Of a stretch of DNA of 63,273 bases, positions 23,630 to 33,395 are shown piece after piece. A program made the translations under genes and the position numbers. The notes beneath the pieces are model-generated. The model did not search any database. It was not told the DNA's origin and worked only from the letters and a program-made list of their open reading frames with translations. The stretch's first letter is position 1; each line of letters starts with the position of its first letter. Where the stretch lies: positions 1-63,273 of IMG/VR virus record IMGVR_UViG_3300048583_000095; one strand, written 5' to 3'. This DNA is from a virus.

Positions 23630-24076
23630 TTGAATCAACCGGGGGAGAGGGCTCGCGGCTTCGGCCGCGAGCCTTCGCGCCGTTGGCGGGACGACGCCGC
23701 CTGTCGGACGATGGCGGATCGCTACTTCGACCCGTGGGACTCCGACGACAAAGCGATCGAGCCCACGCCGACAGCGGCGCAGATATGCGGGACATGTCCT
23801 GTCCGGCGAGCCTGCCTGGTCGAAGCCATCGCGAACGCCGAGAGCTACGGGACGTGGGGTGGGCTCACCCTGAAGCAGCGGAAGAAACTCATCCGCGCGC
23901 GGAAGCGCGTCCGGTGTCCGATCTGCTCGGGGAACCTGCTCGCGCTCACGGAGGATCACGCGCAAGCCTGCCTCTCGTGCGGGATCACATGGCGCACGAT
24001 CGCCCCTACCCGTCGTAATGCGCAAGCCAGTTCACCGGAACGTCCACCCACGTCGACACGTCAGCGGACCCGCTGA
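23630..24076 (+). CDS. whiB: WhiB-family Fe-S transcription factor with an extra C-terminal zinc-ribbon-like CPIC...CLSC
   Basis: WRDDAAC...CGTCPVRRAC...GTWGG WhiB signature. The only in-frame start upstream of the first Cys is TTG 23630. The 3' end overlaps convergent gene 24006..24488. Confidence 0.75.
   Translation: MNQPGERARGFGREPSRRWRDDAACRTMADRYFDPWDSDDKAIEPTPTAAQICGTCPVRRACLVEAIANAESYGTWGGLTLKQRKKLIRARKRVRCPICSGNLLALTEDHAQACLSCGITWRTIAPTRRNAQASSPERPPTSTRQRTR
23650..23673 (+). terminator. GC-rich hairpin (terminator/attenuator-like) inside the 5' end of the WhiB ORF
   Basis: GGCTCGCGGC-TTCG-GCCGCGAGCC. Confidence 0.5.
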
Positions 24077-24488
24077 ACACGAACATCGTGAAGCCCGTTG
24101 TCGTGATGTTGATCGGCCGGGCGATCCATCGCGCCGTGGCACCCGCACCGCTGTCGATGTTCCCGAACACCTTCGGGACCCCGGGGAACGTGAAGCCGAA
24201 GTTCACGGCCGTTGTCGAAGCATTGGTAGTTGTGAAGGACATGTTCACGGTTCCCGTACGAGTCCAGTTCTCAAGGTTGGTGAGCGCTGTCGCGCCGGAT
24301 TCGATGGAAGCCGTGTTTTCCGTGATGTTCGCGGCGTTGATATCGACCTTCGTCTCAATCGCAGCTAGCGCGCTGTCGACCTGAATCGCGAGGATCGGTG
24401 ATCCCCCTCCCGGTCCACCCGTGAGCGTGGTTCCCGGAAGCGACGACGGCGATTCGTACTCGAAGTCGTAGTTCGATGTGTTCGGCAC
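24006..24488 (-). CDS. minor tail protein (fibre/receptor-binding candidate), paralog A
   Basis: N-terminus MPNTSNYDFEYESPSSLPGTTLTGGPGGGSPILAIQVDSALAAIE parallels that of 24498..25049. Confidence 0.75.
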   Translation of the reverse strand: MPNTSNYDFEYESPSSLPGTTLTGGPGGGSPILAIQVDSALAAIETKVDINAANITENTASIESGATALTNLENWTRTGTVNMSFTTTNASTTAVNFGFTFPGVPKVFGNIDSGAGATARWIARPINITTTGFTMFVFSGSADVSTWVDVPVNWLAHYDG

Positions 24489-24497
24489 CGGTCCCCC

Positions 24498-25049
24498 TTA
24501 GTTCGTCGTCGAGACGAAGTACGTGTGCACGATCCGCACGGCGTCGTCGGTGCTGAGAACCGAGTTCGAGTGCATGTCGACGATCGTCACCACACCGGCC
24601 GTGCTGATTCGCATCGTGCCCGAGGTGACCGTGGCGTTGAACAAGCAGTGCGTCTGTTGGCTCGGCCGTGCCGCTACCGTGTTGATCGTGCACACGGTCG
24701 TGTCAGTGACGTTTCCGGCGCTGTTCGCCGGGAACGCGCCGCCTGTCCGGGTCAAGTCGATCATGATAGAGACGATCGGACCCCAGTGCCGATACTGCTG
24801 CAAGGTCACGGAGTAGCCACCTGCGGCCGTGACGCTGAGTGGAATCCATCCCGAGTCGTTCACGGTCTGCGCTTGCAGCGCGGCAATGTCGCCTTCCGCT
24901 GCCGAGACACGCGCGTCGACTCCGGCAAGCGCGGTTTCGACCTGCTCGGCGAGGATCGGCGACGAGCCGTTGATATCGCCCGTGAGCGTGATCCCAGGCT
25001 TCGACTGCGGCGTCTCGAACTCGAACCCGTATGTCGGTGTCTGCGGCAT
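24498..25049 (-). CDS. minor tail protein (fibre/receptor-binding candidate), paralog B
   Basis: N-terminus MPQTPTYGFEFETPQSKPGITLTGDINGSSPILAEQVETALAGVD. Confidence 0.75.
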   Translation of the reverse strand: MPQTPTYGFEFETPQSKPGITLTGDINGSSPILAEQVETALAGVDARVSAAEGDIAALQAQTVNDSGWIPLSVTAAGGYSVTLQQYRHWGPIVSIMIDLTRTGGAFPANSAGNVTDTTVCTINTVAARPSQQTHCLFNATVTSGTMRISTAGVVTIVDMHSNSVLSTDDAVRIVHTYFVSTTN

Positions 25050-26161
25050 TACGTCACCCCTACGTGCACGATGGTTGATTGCCGGGTGCCGATGTCGAGA
25101 GCGGCATCGACGCTGAGCGGGATAGAGACCTTCTCGACGACGTGCAGCTCTCGGTTGCCATCGTCGTAAACGACGCGAATGACATCGTACGGCTTCAAGG
25201 CCGGGTTTGGTACCGCAGACGCACCGACGTCGTACGGAGCGCCCAGGGACTGCCTCAGCAGGTTTACGGCCGCATTCTCGGCCTGCGACTGCGTCGTGAT
25301 GAACGGCGACGAGTAGAACCGGGGCACGCGGCCGAACGGACCCCCGAAGAAGGTCGGGCTCGATTCCTGCGCGTCGAAGGCGACGGCGCGAACCGGTGGC
25401 ATCTGGTCGGTACCTTCGCCGAGCACGACGACGGCGTTATAGACGCCGTTGCGGGAGAGCGATCGGTCGGCTTCGACCATCACGCCGCCGACTCCGGCGT
25501 TCACAATCCAGATTGGTTCATCCTCGTCGGGGATGGTCTCGAAGAGCAACCGGCCTTGCGCATCCCAATAGAATATTTTCCCGAGACCTTCGGCGAGCGT
25601 CTTTAGGACTTCGAACCGCGACTCTTCAACGATGAGCGAACGGCCTAGTTCGGAATCGTCCGAGTCGTCGTCGAAGATGATCGTCGCGTTCGGGTAGATC
25701 TCCGTGACCACTTCATCGACGATATCGCCGACCCGCGTTCCCTGAAGCCATTGACGAGGCACAAGAAATCGTGAGTCGATGATCGTCGACATCCGGTCTT
25801 CGAGCGAGACGTCAACGGGACCCTTGGCGGCGTCGGACTGCTCGACATCGTTGATCCGGTAGTAACCGAGCGCCGCCCACAGCACACCCGCGCCGCCGAG
25901 GTCGACGCCGCGCGCAACGAAGACTTCGGCACCGAATGGCGCGAGCGAGCGGTTCCGCACTCGCGGCCACGGCTCGGCGAGCGTGAGCGACCCGGTTCCG
26001 CGCACATCGGCCGTGGCGTCGAGTTCGATCTCTCCGTCGATGAGCTTCAGTTCGGTTCCGGTCGGCGTCTCGCCGTCTTGATACCCGTCGACCGCGACGG
26101 CGCGGAACTTCGCCGTGTGCGAGCCCGAGACGATCGACGCGAAGTCAGCAGCAGTCACCAT
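25049..26161 (-). CDS. minor tail protein
   Basis: ORF 25049..26404 trimmed to ATG 26161 (1-nt overlap with the upstream TAA); position in the tail module. Confidence 0.7.
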   Translation of the reverse strand: MVTAADFASIVSGSHTAKFRAVAVDGYQDGETPTGTELKLIDGEIELDATADVRGTGSLTLAEPWPRVRNRSLAPFGAEVFVARGVDLGGAGVLWAALGYYRINDVEQSDAAKGPVDVSLEDRMSTIIDSRFLVPRQWLQGTRVGDIVDEVVTEIYPNATIIFDDDSDDSELGRSLIVEESRFEVLKTLAEGLGKIFYWDAQGRLLFETIPDEDEPIWIVNAGVGGVMVEADRSLSRNGVYNAVVVLGEGTDQMPPVRAVAFDAQESSPTFFGGPFGRVPRFYSSPFITTQSQAENAAVNLLRQSLGAPYDVGASAVPNPALKPYDVIRVVYDDGNRELHVVEKVSIPLSVDAALDIGTRQSTIVHVGVT

Positions 26162-27042
26162 TAGGTCTGATGTCCTTCGAACCGGCGCACCATGACGCGC
26201 GTGAAGCCGCCTCCGGTGTTGCGCGCCTCGATTGTGAATGTCACGACGTCGTCGGGAAACACGGTCGTTCCCCATCCGGGGATACTGAATTCTCCACTCG
26301 ACGAAGCCGAGCCGGTGAAGACGACCGTGCCGTTCGCGAGGATGCGCCAGTCGGTTACGCCGGTCGCCGAAATGCCGATGTCGTACGACACACGAGGATG
26401 CCACACGGAAGGTCGACCTTCATAGATCGAGACATATGCCGCCGACGTGGTCGTAGGTACGAGGACGGTCCCGTTCAGCATGGCATTTGTCGTCGGCGCG
26501 AGCGGGTACGGCCAGTACGGACGGCCGATGCCATGCAGCGATGCCGAGTCGTTCTCGAAGATGCGGTTGTTACTCGGATCGTTGATGGAGATCGAATTGA
26601 GATTTGCGATCTGAAGTGCACGGGTCGACGCAGGATTGCCGTAGTACAGGATCGTCAACGGCTCGCCTTCGGCGTCGGAGCCGAAATAGACCTGGTCGTA
26701 TTCGCCGTTCTGCGTGCGGAATCGAACCGCCCCGAGATAGAACGTCAAGTCAGCAATGAACTCGCCGGGGTTCGACAGCTTGCCGATGATCCACCACGTA
26801 CCGACCCCCTTCGCGTTCTCGGGAGCCCACCCGAGCATTCCGACGACGTCGCCGGGCTTCAGAACGAGGTTGTTCAAGCCTTCGATCATGGGCACGTCTG
26901 TGAGCGTGATCCCGCGCCATTCGATCGTGTTGCGAAGCTCGATCCGGTCCCATGTCAGAATCGTTCCCTGCGAGAACTGCACACCTCGCGACGGGGGAGG
27001 CGTCAAGAGTGCCGCGAGGTCGCGGTTCGTCCGGTCGGTCAT
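26161..27042 (-). CDS. minor tail protein
   Basis: 293-aa ORF in the tail module; start overlaps the upstream gene end. Confidence 0.7.
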   Translation of the reverse strand: MTDRTNRDLAALLTPPPSRGVQFSQGTILTWDRIELRNTIEWRGITLTDVPMIEGLNNLVLKPGDVVGMLGWAPENAKGVGTWWIIGKLSNPGEFIADLTFYLGAVRFRTQNGEYDQVYFGSDAEGEPLTILYYGNPASTRALQIANLNSISINDPSNNRIFENDSASLHGIGRPYWPYPLAPTTNAMLNGTVLVPTTTSAAYVSIYEGRPSVWHPRVSYDIGISATGVTDWRILANGTVVFTGSASSSGEFSIPGWGTTVFPDDVVTFTIEARNTGGGFTRVMVRRFEGHQT

Positions 27043-29162
27043 CCTACTATCGTCCCTCCGAGAGCGAGCGGGTTACCGGGCGTGAGCCACAGTTCTTGCC
27101 ACGTCGACCACGTCGCCCACACGTCTTCCCACGTGCCATCGGGGCCGATGAGTTCCCACAGCTGCGCCCACGTGATTGTGGTCGGCAAGATGTTCGACGT
27201 GTCGGCCGCCGCGACGCGCGTGAAGTCGACCGTCCATAGCCACATAGGCTTGCCGTACACGGTGCGCGACTGCACGGAGTCGCCGACCATGACATACCCC
27301 TCGGGGATGCCGGAGAACGACGTCGGGCACTCGATACTCTCGTCGTCGCCGGGCGGTTGCAGCAGCATTACGCCGCCGTACGTCAGCAGCGCGACGACAG
27401 CGCGGTTCTCGGCCTTCGAGTACGTGATGAAGGTGAGCGAGAACGACGCCGACGAGCCGACGTCGGCGATCCCGAGGATTTCGTGTCGCCCCTTGATATC
27501 GAAGAACGCCGTGCGCGACGAGCGGTTGAGTTCCTGCCAGTCGACGCACTCGATCTGTCGATTCAGCATGGGGTATGTGATCGACTTGAGGAACACTTCC
27601 GTCTGTACCGGCGTGACCGTGACCGTGCTCGCGATGCTCGCCGGGATGGAGTGCACCTCAATCGGGCCGAACCACTGCTCATAGGCGACGCCGCTCGGCT
27701 TCGTACCGCGCGCATACACGCCGGTTCCGGCGACGAGATCGGTATCAACGGTAACGACGTGCCAGTTCGCGGGCTCGTCGCTTCCCTCTTGCCATGCTCG
27801 CGCCGACAGCGTCGAGCCCTGCACGCGGAAGCGCACGTTCCACGGGATGCCCGGAATCCAGCTGCCCACGGTGGTCACGGCTCCGATGTCCGTCTGTACG
27901 TCGGCAACGAACTTATTGATTCGCAACGTCACGGCGTAGTCGTCGGCGTCCGTGGTGAATTGCAGGTTCGCCGTGTAGGCGTTGTTCGCGTCGACCGCGC
28001 GAAGACCGACGAACCAATTCACGTCCGCATCGAGTAGGTTCGCCGCTCCCGGATAGATCGCCGACCACGTGACTTCGGCGTCTTCGGCTCCCGGAATCTG
28101 ATCAGTGACCATCTCCACGGTGAGGCCGGTGGGATCGTTGTCCGCCATGACGCCGACGCCGTTGTTCACGTAGGCGCTGAAACCGCTCGACGAGCCTCCG
28201 AGGTTCCAGTCCTGTCCGGTATTCGCGGTACCCCAATCGATACCGGGAACCGGCTCGATCGTGATGATCTCGGCTTCGCTGTGCACGGTCCATGTGCGTC
28301 CGGCTGAGTCGACGAAGTTCGTCGTCCCGGCCGCTTGGTTGGCGAAGATCGGGTTCGCCACGACGGTTCCACTGATCGAGCTGCGCACCTGCGCATAGTG
28401 CACTTGACCGGTAAGGTTGCCGTTCGTACCGAAGTCCCATGATCCGACTTCCAGCGGCGACGTGCTTGAGAAGTTCGTGATCGTGCCTGCCACAGTGACC
28501 GAGCTTCCGAGCTGTACCCACGGCCCGCTCACAGTCGCCCCGGCCGACGTGTAGAACGTCGCCGTATGTCCGCCCGAGCCGTTCGAGACGTCGAGCGTCA
28601 CGCGCACCCCGAGTCGACCGCTCGTGACGGGAACGGCCACGGTCGACGTTAGGAACGTCTGCGTCGCGCTCGTGCCGTCTGTCGACCGGTACAAGCGAAG
28701 ACGGCCCGTGTCTTCGACCGTGAAGAGATAGCTTCGCTGCTCGCCTACGAACGTCCACTTCCCGATGAGACCTTGCTGTGTCCCGCCCCATGTCAGCGTC
28801 GCGTTCACGCGTAGGTCGATGTCGCCCGTGATATCGAGCGCCGCGTTATCCGGGGTGCTCGCGTAACTGTCATTAGCGCCCGAGAGCGACAGCGTACCGG
28901 CCGAAGGGTACGCCCGGTCGAAGGCGTCGTAAAAGACCGGCTCGACGAGCCGGTACGAGTTGACAACGTTCGGCGTGTACTCGTAATCGTCGATGATGGT
29001 CGTGTGCGTGGTCGAAAGGAACTGTCCGCCTCGCACGTCAACCCACGTCGGCGCATCGGCCGTCGAACGCTGCACACGGTATCGAACGCCGGGCTCGGCG
29101 TCCGTGAGTTCGAGACGCACACGGCCGAGGTCGTCGAGATATGTCGCCGTCAACGTCGCCAT
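27039..29162 (-). CDS. minor tail protein (large; distal tail/baseplate-like)
   Basis: 707-aa ORF immediately downstream of the tape measure gene. Confidence 0.75.
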   Translation of the reverse strand: MATLTATYLDDLGRVRLELTDAEPGVRYRVQRSTADAPTWVDVRGGQFLSTTHTTIIDDYEYTPNVVNSYRLVEPVFYDAFDRAYPSAGTLSLSGANDSYASTPDNAALDITGDIDLRVNATLTWGGTQQGLIGKWTFVGEQRSYLFTVEDTGRLRLYRSTDGTSATQTFLTSTVAVPVTSGRLGVRVTLDVSNGSGGHTATFYTSAGATVSGPWVQLGSSVTVAGTITNFSSTSPLEVGSWDFGTNGNLTGQVHYAQVRSSISGTVVANPIFANQAAGTTNFVDSAGRTWTVHSEAEIITIEPVPGIDWGTANTGQDWNLGGSSSGFSAYVNNGVGVMADNDPTGLTVEMVTDQIPGAEDAEVTWSAIYPGAANLLDADVNWFVGLRAVDANNAYTANLQFTTDADDYAVTLRINKFVADVQTDIGAVTTVGSWIPGIPWNVRFRVQGSTLSARAWQEGSDEPANWHVVTVDTDLVAGTGVYARGTKPSGVAYEQWFGPIEVHSIPASIASTVTVTPVQTEVFLKSITYPMLNRQIECVDWQELNRSSRTAFFDIKGRHEILGIADVGSSASFSLTFITYSKAENRAVVALLTYGGVMLLQPPGDDESIECPTSFSGIPEGYVMVGDSVQSRTVYGKPMWLWTVDFTRVAAADTSNILPTTITWAQLWELIGPDGTWEDVWATWSTWQELWLTPGNPLALGGTIVG

Positions 29163-29163
29163 A

Positions 29164-31674
29164 TCAGGTGTTCCTTCCCGTTGCCGCGCGAGCGCGCCGT
29201 GTCAGCGTCTTGTTATTGCGGTTCACGCGTGTATCCACCATACTCGTGATGGTCTCATTCCCGATCTGCACGACCACCTGAATCGGCTGCTCGTCGCTTC
29301 CGGGGAATCCGGCCGAACGGAGCGCGGCCGCGAGCGCGTTGATACCGTTCGAGTTCGTCAGCGGAAGCACCATCTCGTCGGGGTGGAGCATCGCGAGCCC
29401 TTCGGCCTGCGTGAATCCGCCCGTCTGCAAGTAGGGGATGTTCGGCGTGTTGATCGTTCCGCCACCGACCGACCCGATGCCGGGAATGTCGACCGAAGGA
29501 ATGGAAAATGACAGGTTGTTCCATCCCGAAATGATCGAGTTGATCGCTGATCGGAATCCGTCCGCCATCGGATCGAACAAGTTGCTGAGAGCACTGCGAA
29601 TCCGGCCCGGAATGCCCTGCACGGAACTCACAAAATTGTTGAAACCGGTTCGGATGCCTGTGATGTTGTTGAGAACAGTGTTCTTCAAGGTGGTAATGCC
29701 GTTCTTAATCGGCGTGAACACCTGATTGTTCAGGATCGACCACCCGGCTTGGAACAGTGTGACTAGGGCATCGAATCCAGCTACCATCTCTTCGACACGC
29801 GCAACGATCGTGTCACGAATGAAGTTCCAAATTACTTCCAGTCCGAGCCCGGCGAGCTGGAATTGCTCCATGAGCCACTGCACAGCGCCGCCGAGCACGA
29901 CCGTCAGTACCTCAACCAAGTCTTCGATGATCGGGATCACGAAGGGCAGAATGACGTTCTCGACGAGCCACAGCAGGATGTCGCCGAGTACCTGAATGAT
30001 CGGCCCAAGCACCGCGCCGACGAGATCGGCGATCAGTCCGAGGACATCGAACAACGGCTGTAGTGCTTCAATTACCGGTTGTAGTGCTTCGAGAATGACC
30101 GTAAAAATCGGGGCAAGTGCCTCCAAAACGGAAGCAACTAGCTCAATCGCGACACCTAGCGCACCGCCGAGCAAATCGGCAAGTAGCTCGATAATCGGCA
30201 TAAGAGTTGTAATCGTGTCAACTAGGATAGGGCCGAGCAAACCGAGCACTTCGGTCAAAGGTCCGATGAGCGGTTGAATCGCTGCCGCGACGATGCCGAG
30301 GATCGGCGCGAGCGCCGTCAAGACGGAGCCGACGAGCTGCGAGAGCGGGCCGAGCAGCGGGGAAACTGCGGAGAGGATTCCCGAGATACCCGAGATGATC
30401 GGAGGCAGCGCCGGAGCGATGTTCGTGAGCACGGTTCCGAAGCTCGCGCCGACCTGATTCAGCGCTTCGAAGAGCGTCACGAGCACGTCTTGACCCTGCG
30501 CCGACGCTAGGAAGTCGTCGAACACCTGAAGCCCTTGACCGAAGACGCCGAGGATGTTCCCGCCTGTCTCCGACGCCGCTTGTCCGATCGAAAGGAAAAT
30601 GCCGACCAGCGGCGACAGAATGTCGCCGACCTGCTGAAAGACGGCGAGCGCGTTCTCAACCCACGCGACGGCCTCACCCGACGCGGTCGCCGTGGCGATG
30701 AAGTCGGCGAACTGCTGAATCATCGCGGCAAGTCCGGCCCCGGCTTCCGCGCCACCGAAGGCCGTATTGATGGCGGTACCGAGATCAAGGAACGCCGTAA
30801 AGAGGTTCGCCACCGGCACGGCGAGCTGCGACAGGATGCCGTTCAGCGTCTCGAAGCTCGACGTCACGAAGTTGACGCCGGTCTCGGAACCGGCGACGTT
30901 CAGCAGCGCCGCGACGAGGTCGCCCGACTCTTCGGCCGCGACGCGCATTCCGTCAGAGAGCGGTCCGAGCAGGGATGCGGCGACGTTCGTGATGATCGTG
31001 TCGAACTCGGCAAAGAAGGCATCTTGCACGCTGTCTTGCAGTGCTTGCAGCTCGGGCACGACCTCGCGGAAGGCTTCGGCCGCAGCCTGCGCCTTCGGCG
31101 ACAGACCTTCGATCGCGGCGTCGAAGGATGCCGTGTCTTCGAAGGCCGCAGCCATCGCGTCACTGAATCCGGCCGTGGCGACTTGCAGCGTGCCGATTGC
31201 GGCAGCGCCGACGCCGACAGCAGCCGGGAGCCCGGCGACAATCCCCACGGCCGGAGCGAGCGCCGCGCCGAGCTGAATCACGGCACCGGCAGCGGCAGCG
31301 GCGGCCGTACCGAGCGCGGCGAATCCTGCCACCGGCAGGCGCACACCAGTGATCGACGACAGGAACCGCGAGAATGTGCCTTCGCGGTCGATGTCGATGT
31401 CGATACCGACTCGGCGACCGCTGACGCGGTCGATCTCGTCGCCGAGATCGTCTAGCTCGTCCTTCGCTGCTTCAATCGGTCGATCGAGTCCGTCGAATGA
31501 GTCGGCGATCGTGTCGCCCATCCGAGCGAACTGATCTTCAACGTTGCCGACCGCGTTCCCGATCTGTCGGCTCATGTTCCGGGCAGCAGCGGACACGCCA
31601 GCGGTAACGTTGCGGTTGAACGTCGAGAAGTCGGGTTCGATCTCGACGTATGCGCGATCGAGTGCGTCGGACAT
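29164..31674 (-). CDS. tape measure protein
   Basis: 836 aa, Ala/Gly/Leu/Ile-rich repetitive helical sequence, directly after the frameshifted chaperone pair. Confidence 0.9.
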   Translation of the reverse strand: MSDALDRAYVEIEPDFSTFNRNVTAGVSAAARNMSRQIGNAVGNVEDQFARMGDTIADSFDGLDRPIEAAKDELDDLGDEIDRVSGRRVGIDIDIDREGTFSRFLSSITGVRLPVAGFAALGTAAAAAAGAVIQLGAALAPAVGIVAGLPAAVGVGAAAIGTLQVATAGFSDAMAAAFEDTASFDAAIEGLSPKAQAAAEAFREVVPELQALQDSVQDAFFAEFDTIITNVAASLLGPLSDGMRVAAEESGDLVAALLNVAGSETGVNFVTSSFETLNGILSQLAVPVANLFTAFLDLGTAINTAFGGAEAGAGLAAMIQQFADFIATATASGEAVAWVENALAVFQQVGDILSPLVGIFLSIGQAASETGGNILGVFGQGLQVFDDFLASAQGQDVLVTLFEALNQVGASFGTVLTNIAPALPPIISGISGILSAVSPLLGPLSQLVGSVLTALAPILGIVAAAIQPLIGPLTEVLGLLGPILVDTITTLMPIIELLADLLGGALGVAIELVASVLEALAPIFTVILEALQPVIEALQPLFDVLGLIADLVGAVLGPIIQVLGDILLWLVENVILPFVIPIIEDLVEVLTVVLGGAVQWLMEQFQLAGLGLEVIWNFIRDTIVARVEEMVAGFDALVTLFQAGWSILNNQVFTPIKNGITTLKNTVLNNITGIRTGFNNFVSSVQGIPGRIRSALSNLFDPMADGFRSAINSIISGWNNLSFSIPSVDIPGIGSVGGGTINTPNIPYLQTGGFTQAEGLAMLHPDEMVLPLTNSNGINALAAALRSAGFPGSDEQPIQVVVQIGNETITSMVDTRVNRNNKTLTRRARAATGRNT

Positions 31675-31725
31675 GATTCCCCCAGTAGCGGCAGCTTCAC
31701 ACTACCGCGTCGTAAGGGGTATTCA

Positions 31726-32468
31726 TCACCCTACTTTGAGCGACTTAGCGACGATAAGCGCTTGTCGAGTGGCCGTCTCGTCGTCGCCCCAGCCAGCCGG
31801 GCGCGGCGGAAGCTTGCCGGTACGGATCGGCCGCGATTCCTGCGGTACTTCGGGTACCCCTGAAGGCTGCTCGGCGCTCTCCGTGGCTCTCAGAGCGTTT
31901 TTCCTGGTCAACGCCATCTTTCGCAGGGTATCGGCCGTGACCTGCTTCGACATTGCGGCGTCGAATTCCTGTTTCTTCTCTTTTGAGGCATTCCGCGTCG
32001 CGAAGTAGTAAACGAGATTCAGACAGCGATCCCACGGCAGTTCGAGCGGTGCGACCCCCTGCGAGGCGCACCACCCGTCGAACAACGGCCACACCTCGTC
32101 ATGCGTGGCCCATGAGGCTAGGAACCCTGCGGCGGCGTATTGCCTTTTCCCAAACCTTCGCCGACGATCCATTGCGTGATGTCGATGAGCGTCAAGGGGT
32201 CGATCGGCGTCGCCTTGTCGTCGCACGTGCCTTCGAGAAGTGGCTCAAACCGCTTCCATGCGGCTTTGGTGAGAATCTTCTCGTATACCTGCTTGAGCTC
32301 TTCGAATGCTTCCGCGCGCTCGGCTCCGGCGTCTTCGCGCTTGTCGCCCATCTTCACGAACGTGCCTTGCAGTCGGAAGATGATTCCGGCCGCGATGGCG
32401 TTCTTCGTCTCGAACTTTTGCCCGTCGACCGTGAAATCGAGCTTGTTCTTCGCGGTTGTGAAATCCAT
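31726..32468 (-). CDS. tail assembly chaperone, -1 frameshift (GT-like) product
   Basis: After G_GGA_AAA, the -1 frame reads GKRQYAAAGFLASWATHDEVW..., the same sequence as ORF 31726..32226. Confidence 0.7.
32118..32468 (-). CDS. tail assembly chaperone (short, G-like form)
   Basis: ORF 32118..32525 trimmed to ATG 32468; located upstream of the tape measure gene; contains the slippery site near its 3' end. Confidence 0.8.
   Translation of the reverse strand: MDFTTAKNKLDFTVDGQKFETKNAIAAGIIFRLQGTFVKMGDKREDAGAERAEAFEELKQVYEKILTKAAWKRFEPLLEGTCDDKATPIDPLTLIDITQWIVGEGLGKGNTPPQGS
32145..32151 (-). promoter_or_regulatory. programmed -1 ribosomal frameshift slippery heptamer G_GGA_AAA
   Basis: Plus-strand TTTTCCC at 32145-32151 gives GGGAAAA on the coding strand, in X_XXY_YYZ register with the chaperone frame. 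Confidence 0.7.
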
Positions 32469-32487
32469 GCGCACAGCGTAACACCGA

Positions 32488-32820
32488 TTAAGCGAATTGC
32501 TGCATCCCGCGACGGAGGCCGTCACGCAGGAACGGGTTCGCTTCCATGTAGACGGTTCCCTCGTGCACGTAAATCGAGTACTCGACGTCGGTCCCGATGC
32601 GCGCGATGGGGATTCCGCTCCGGTAATAGATGCGAATCTGAATCGAGTTGATCAGGTTGCCGGTGTCGATACGCTGCGGAACCTCGCGAATGCGCTGCTT
32701 CGACGCCGCTTGCACGGCGAGCGCGCGCAGCTCAAGGTACCGTTCGAGCGGGCCGCCCGGACGGGAGAGCCTACGGATGTAGCCTTCGTTCACATCCTGC
32801 GTGACGCGGACCGTCGCCAT
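32488..32820 (-). CDS. head-tail joining protein (HK97 gp10-like)
   Basis: IDTGNLINSIQ ... YSIYVHEGT pattern typical of the gp10 family. Confidence 0.65.
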   Translation of the reverse strand: MATVRVTQDVNEGYIRRLSRPGGPLERYLELRALAVQAASKQRIREVPQRIDTGNLINSIQIRIYYRSGIPIARIGTDVEYSIYVHEGTVYMEANPFLRDGLRRGMQQFA

Positions 32821-32828
32821 GTCGCCCC

Positions 32829-33395
32829 CTAGCTAACCTCGCACGGGTAGCAGCCGTTTTGAATCGTGACCGTCACCGGCAGCGCCGAGCCCATGCACGC
32901 GCCTTGCGGGCCGACGAACGTCTGCGTGCCGGTCGTGAAGTCGACGTACAGCTTCGTCCCGTTCGGCAGCCGATCGCGGATCGCCGACGACAGGCAGCAG
33001 ATCACCCCGGCGCGGACCGCCCACGCGTCTTCGCTCGCGCCGCGCGCCGCCGCTTCGAGTTCATCGCACGTTGGCGGCGCGGTGTTCGTGCCCGTGGGCG
33101 CGCACCGCAGGATCGTCACGACGTAATTGAAGACGAAGAGCGGAGGACCGCACTCCCGTCGACCCGGCGTCTCCGTGGCCGTTCGCGCAAGCGTCGTCCC
33201 GGACGCCTCATAGGCGTTCTGCAAGGCGACCGTGAGCTGTCCGCACTCGCAGTCATCCCACGCGATTTCGCCCGCCACGACGCACGCACGGTCGGGTGCG
33301 CCGTCCGTGGTCGTGGCGAGCCGTTCGAGGACGCAGTCTTTGATCTGCACACCGATGTCGAACCCGGCAAAGGGGTTCGCGTTGCTCTGCCCCAT
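32829..33395 (-). CDS. virion structural protein (head-tail connector region)
   Basis: 188-aa Cys-rich ORF in the structural operon. Confidence 0.6.
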   Translation of the reverse strand: MGQSNANPFAGFDIGVQIKDCVLERLATTTDGAPDRACVVAGEIAWDDCECGQLTVALQNAYEASGTTLARTATETPGRRECGPPLFVFNYVVTILRCAPTGTNTAPPTCDELEAAARGASEDAWAVRAGVICCLSSAIRDRLPNGTKLYVDFTTGTQTFVGPQGACMGSALPVTVTIQNGCYPCEVS

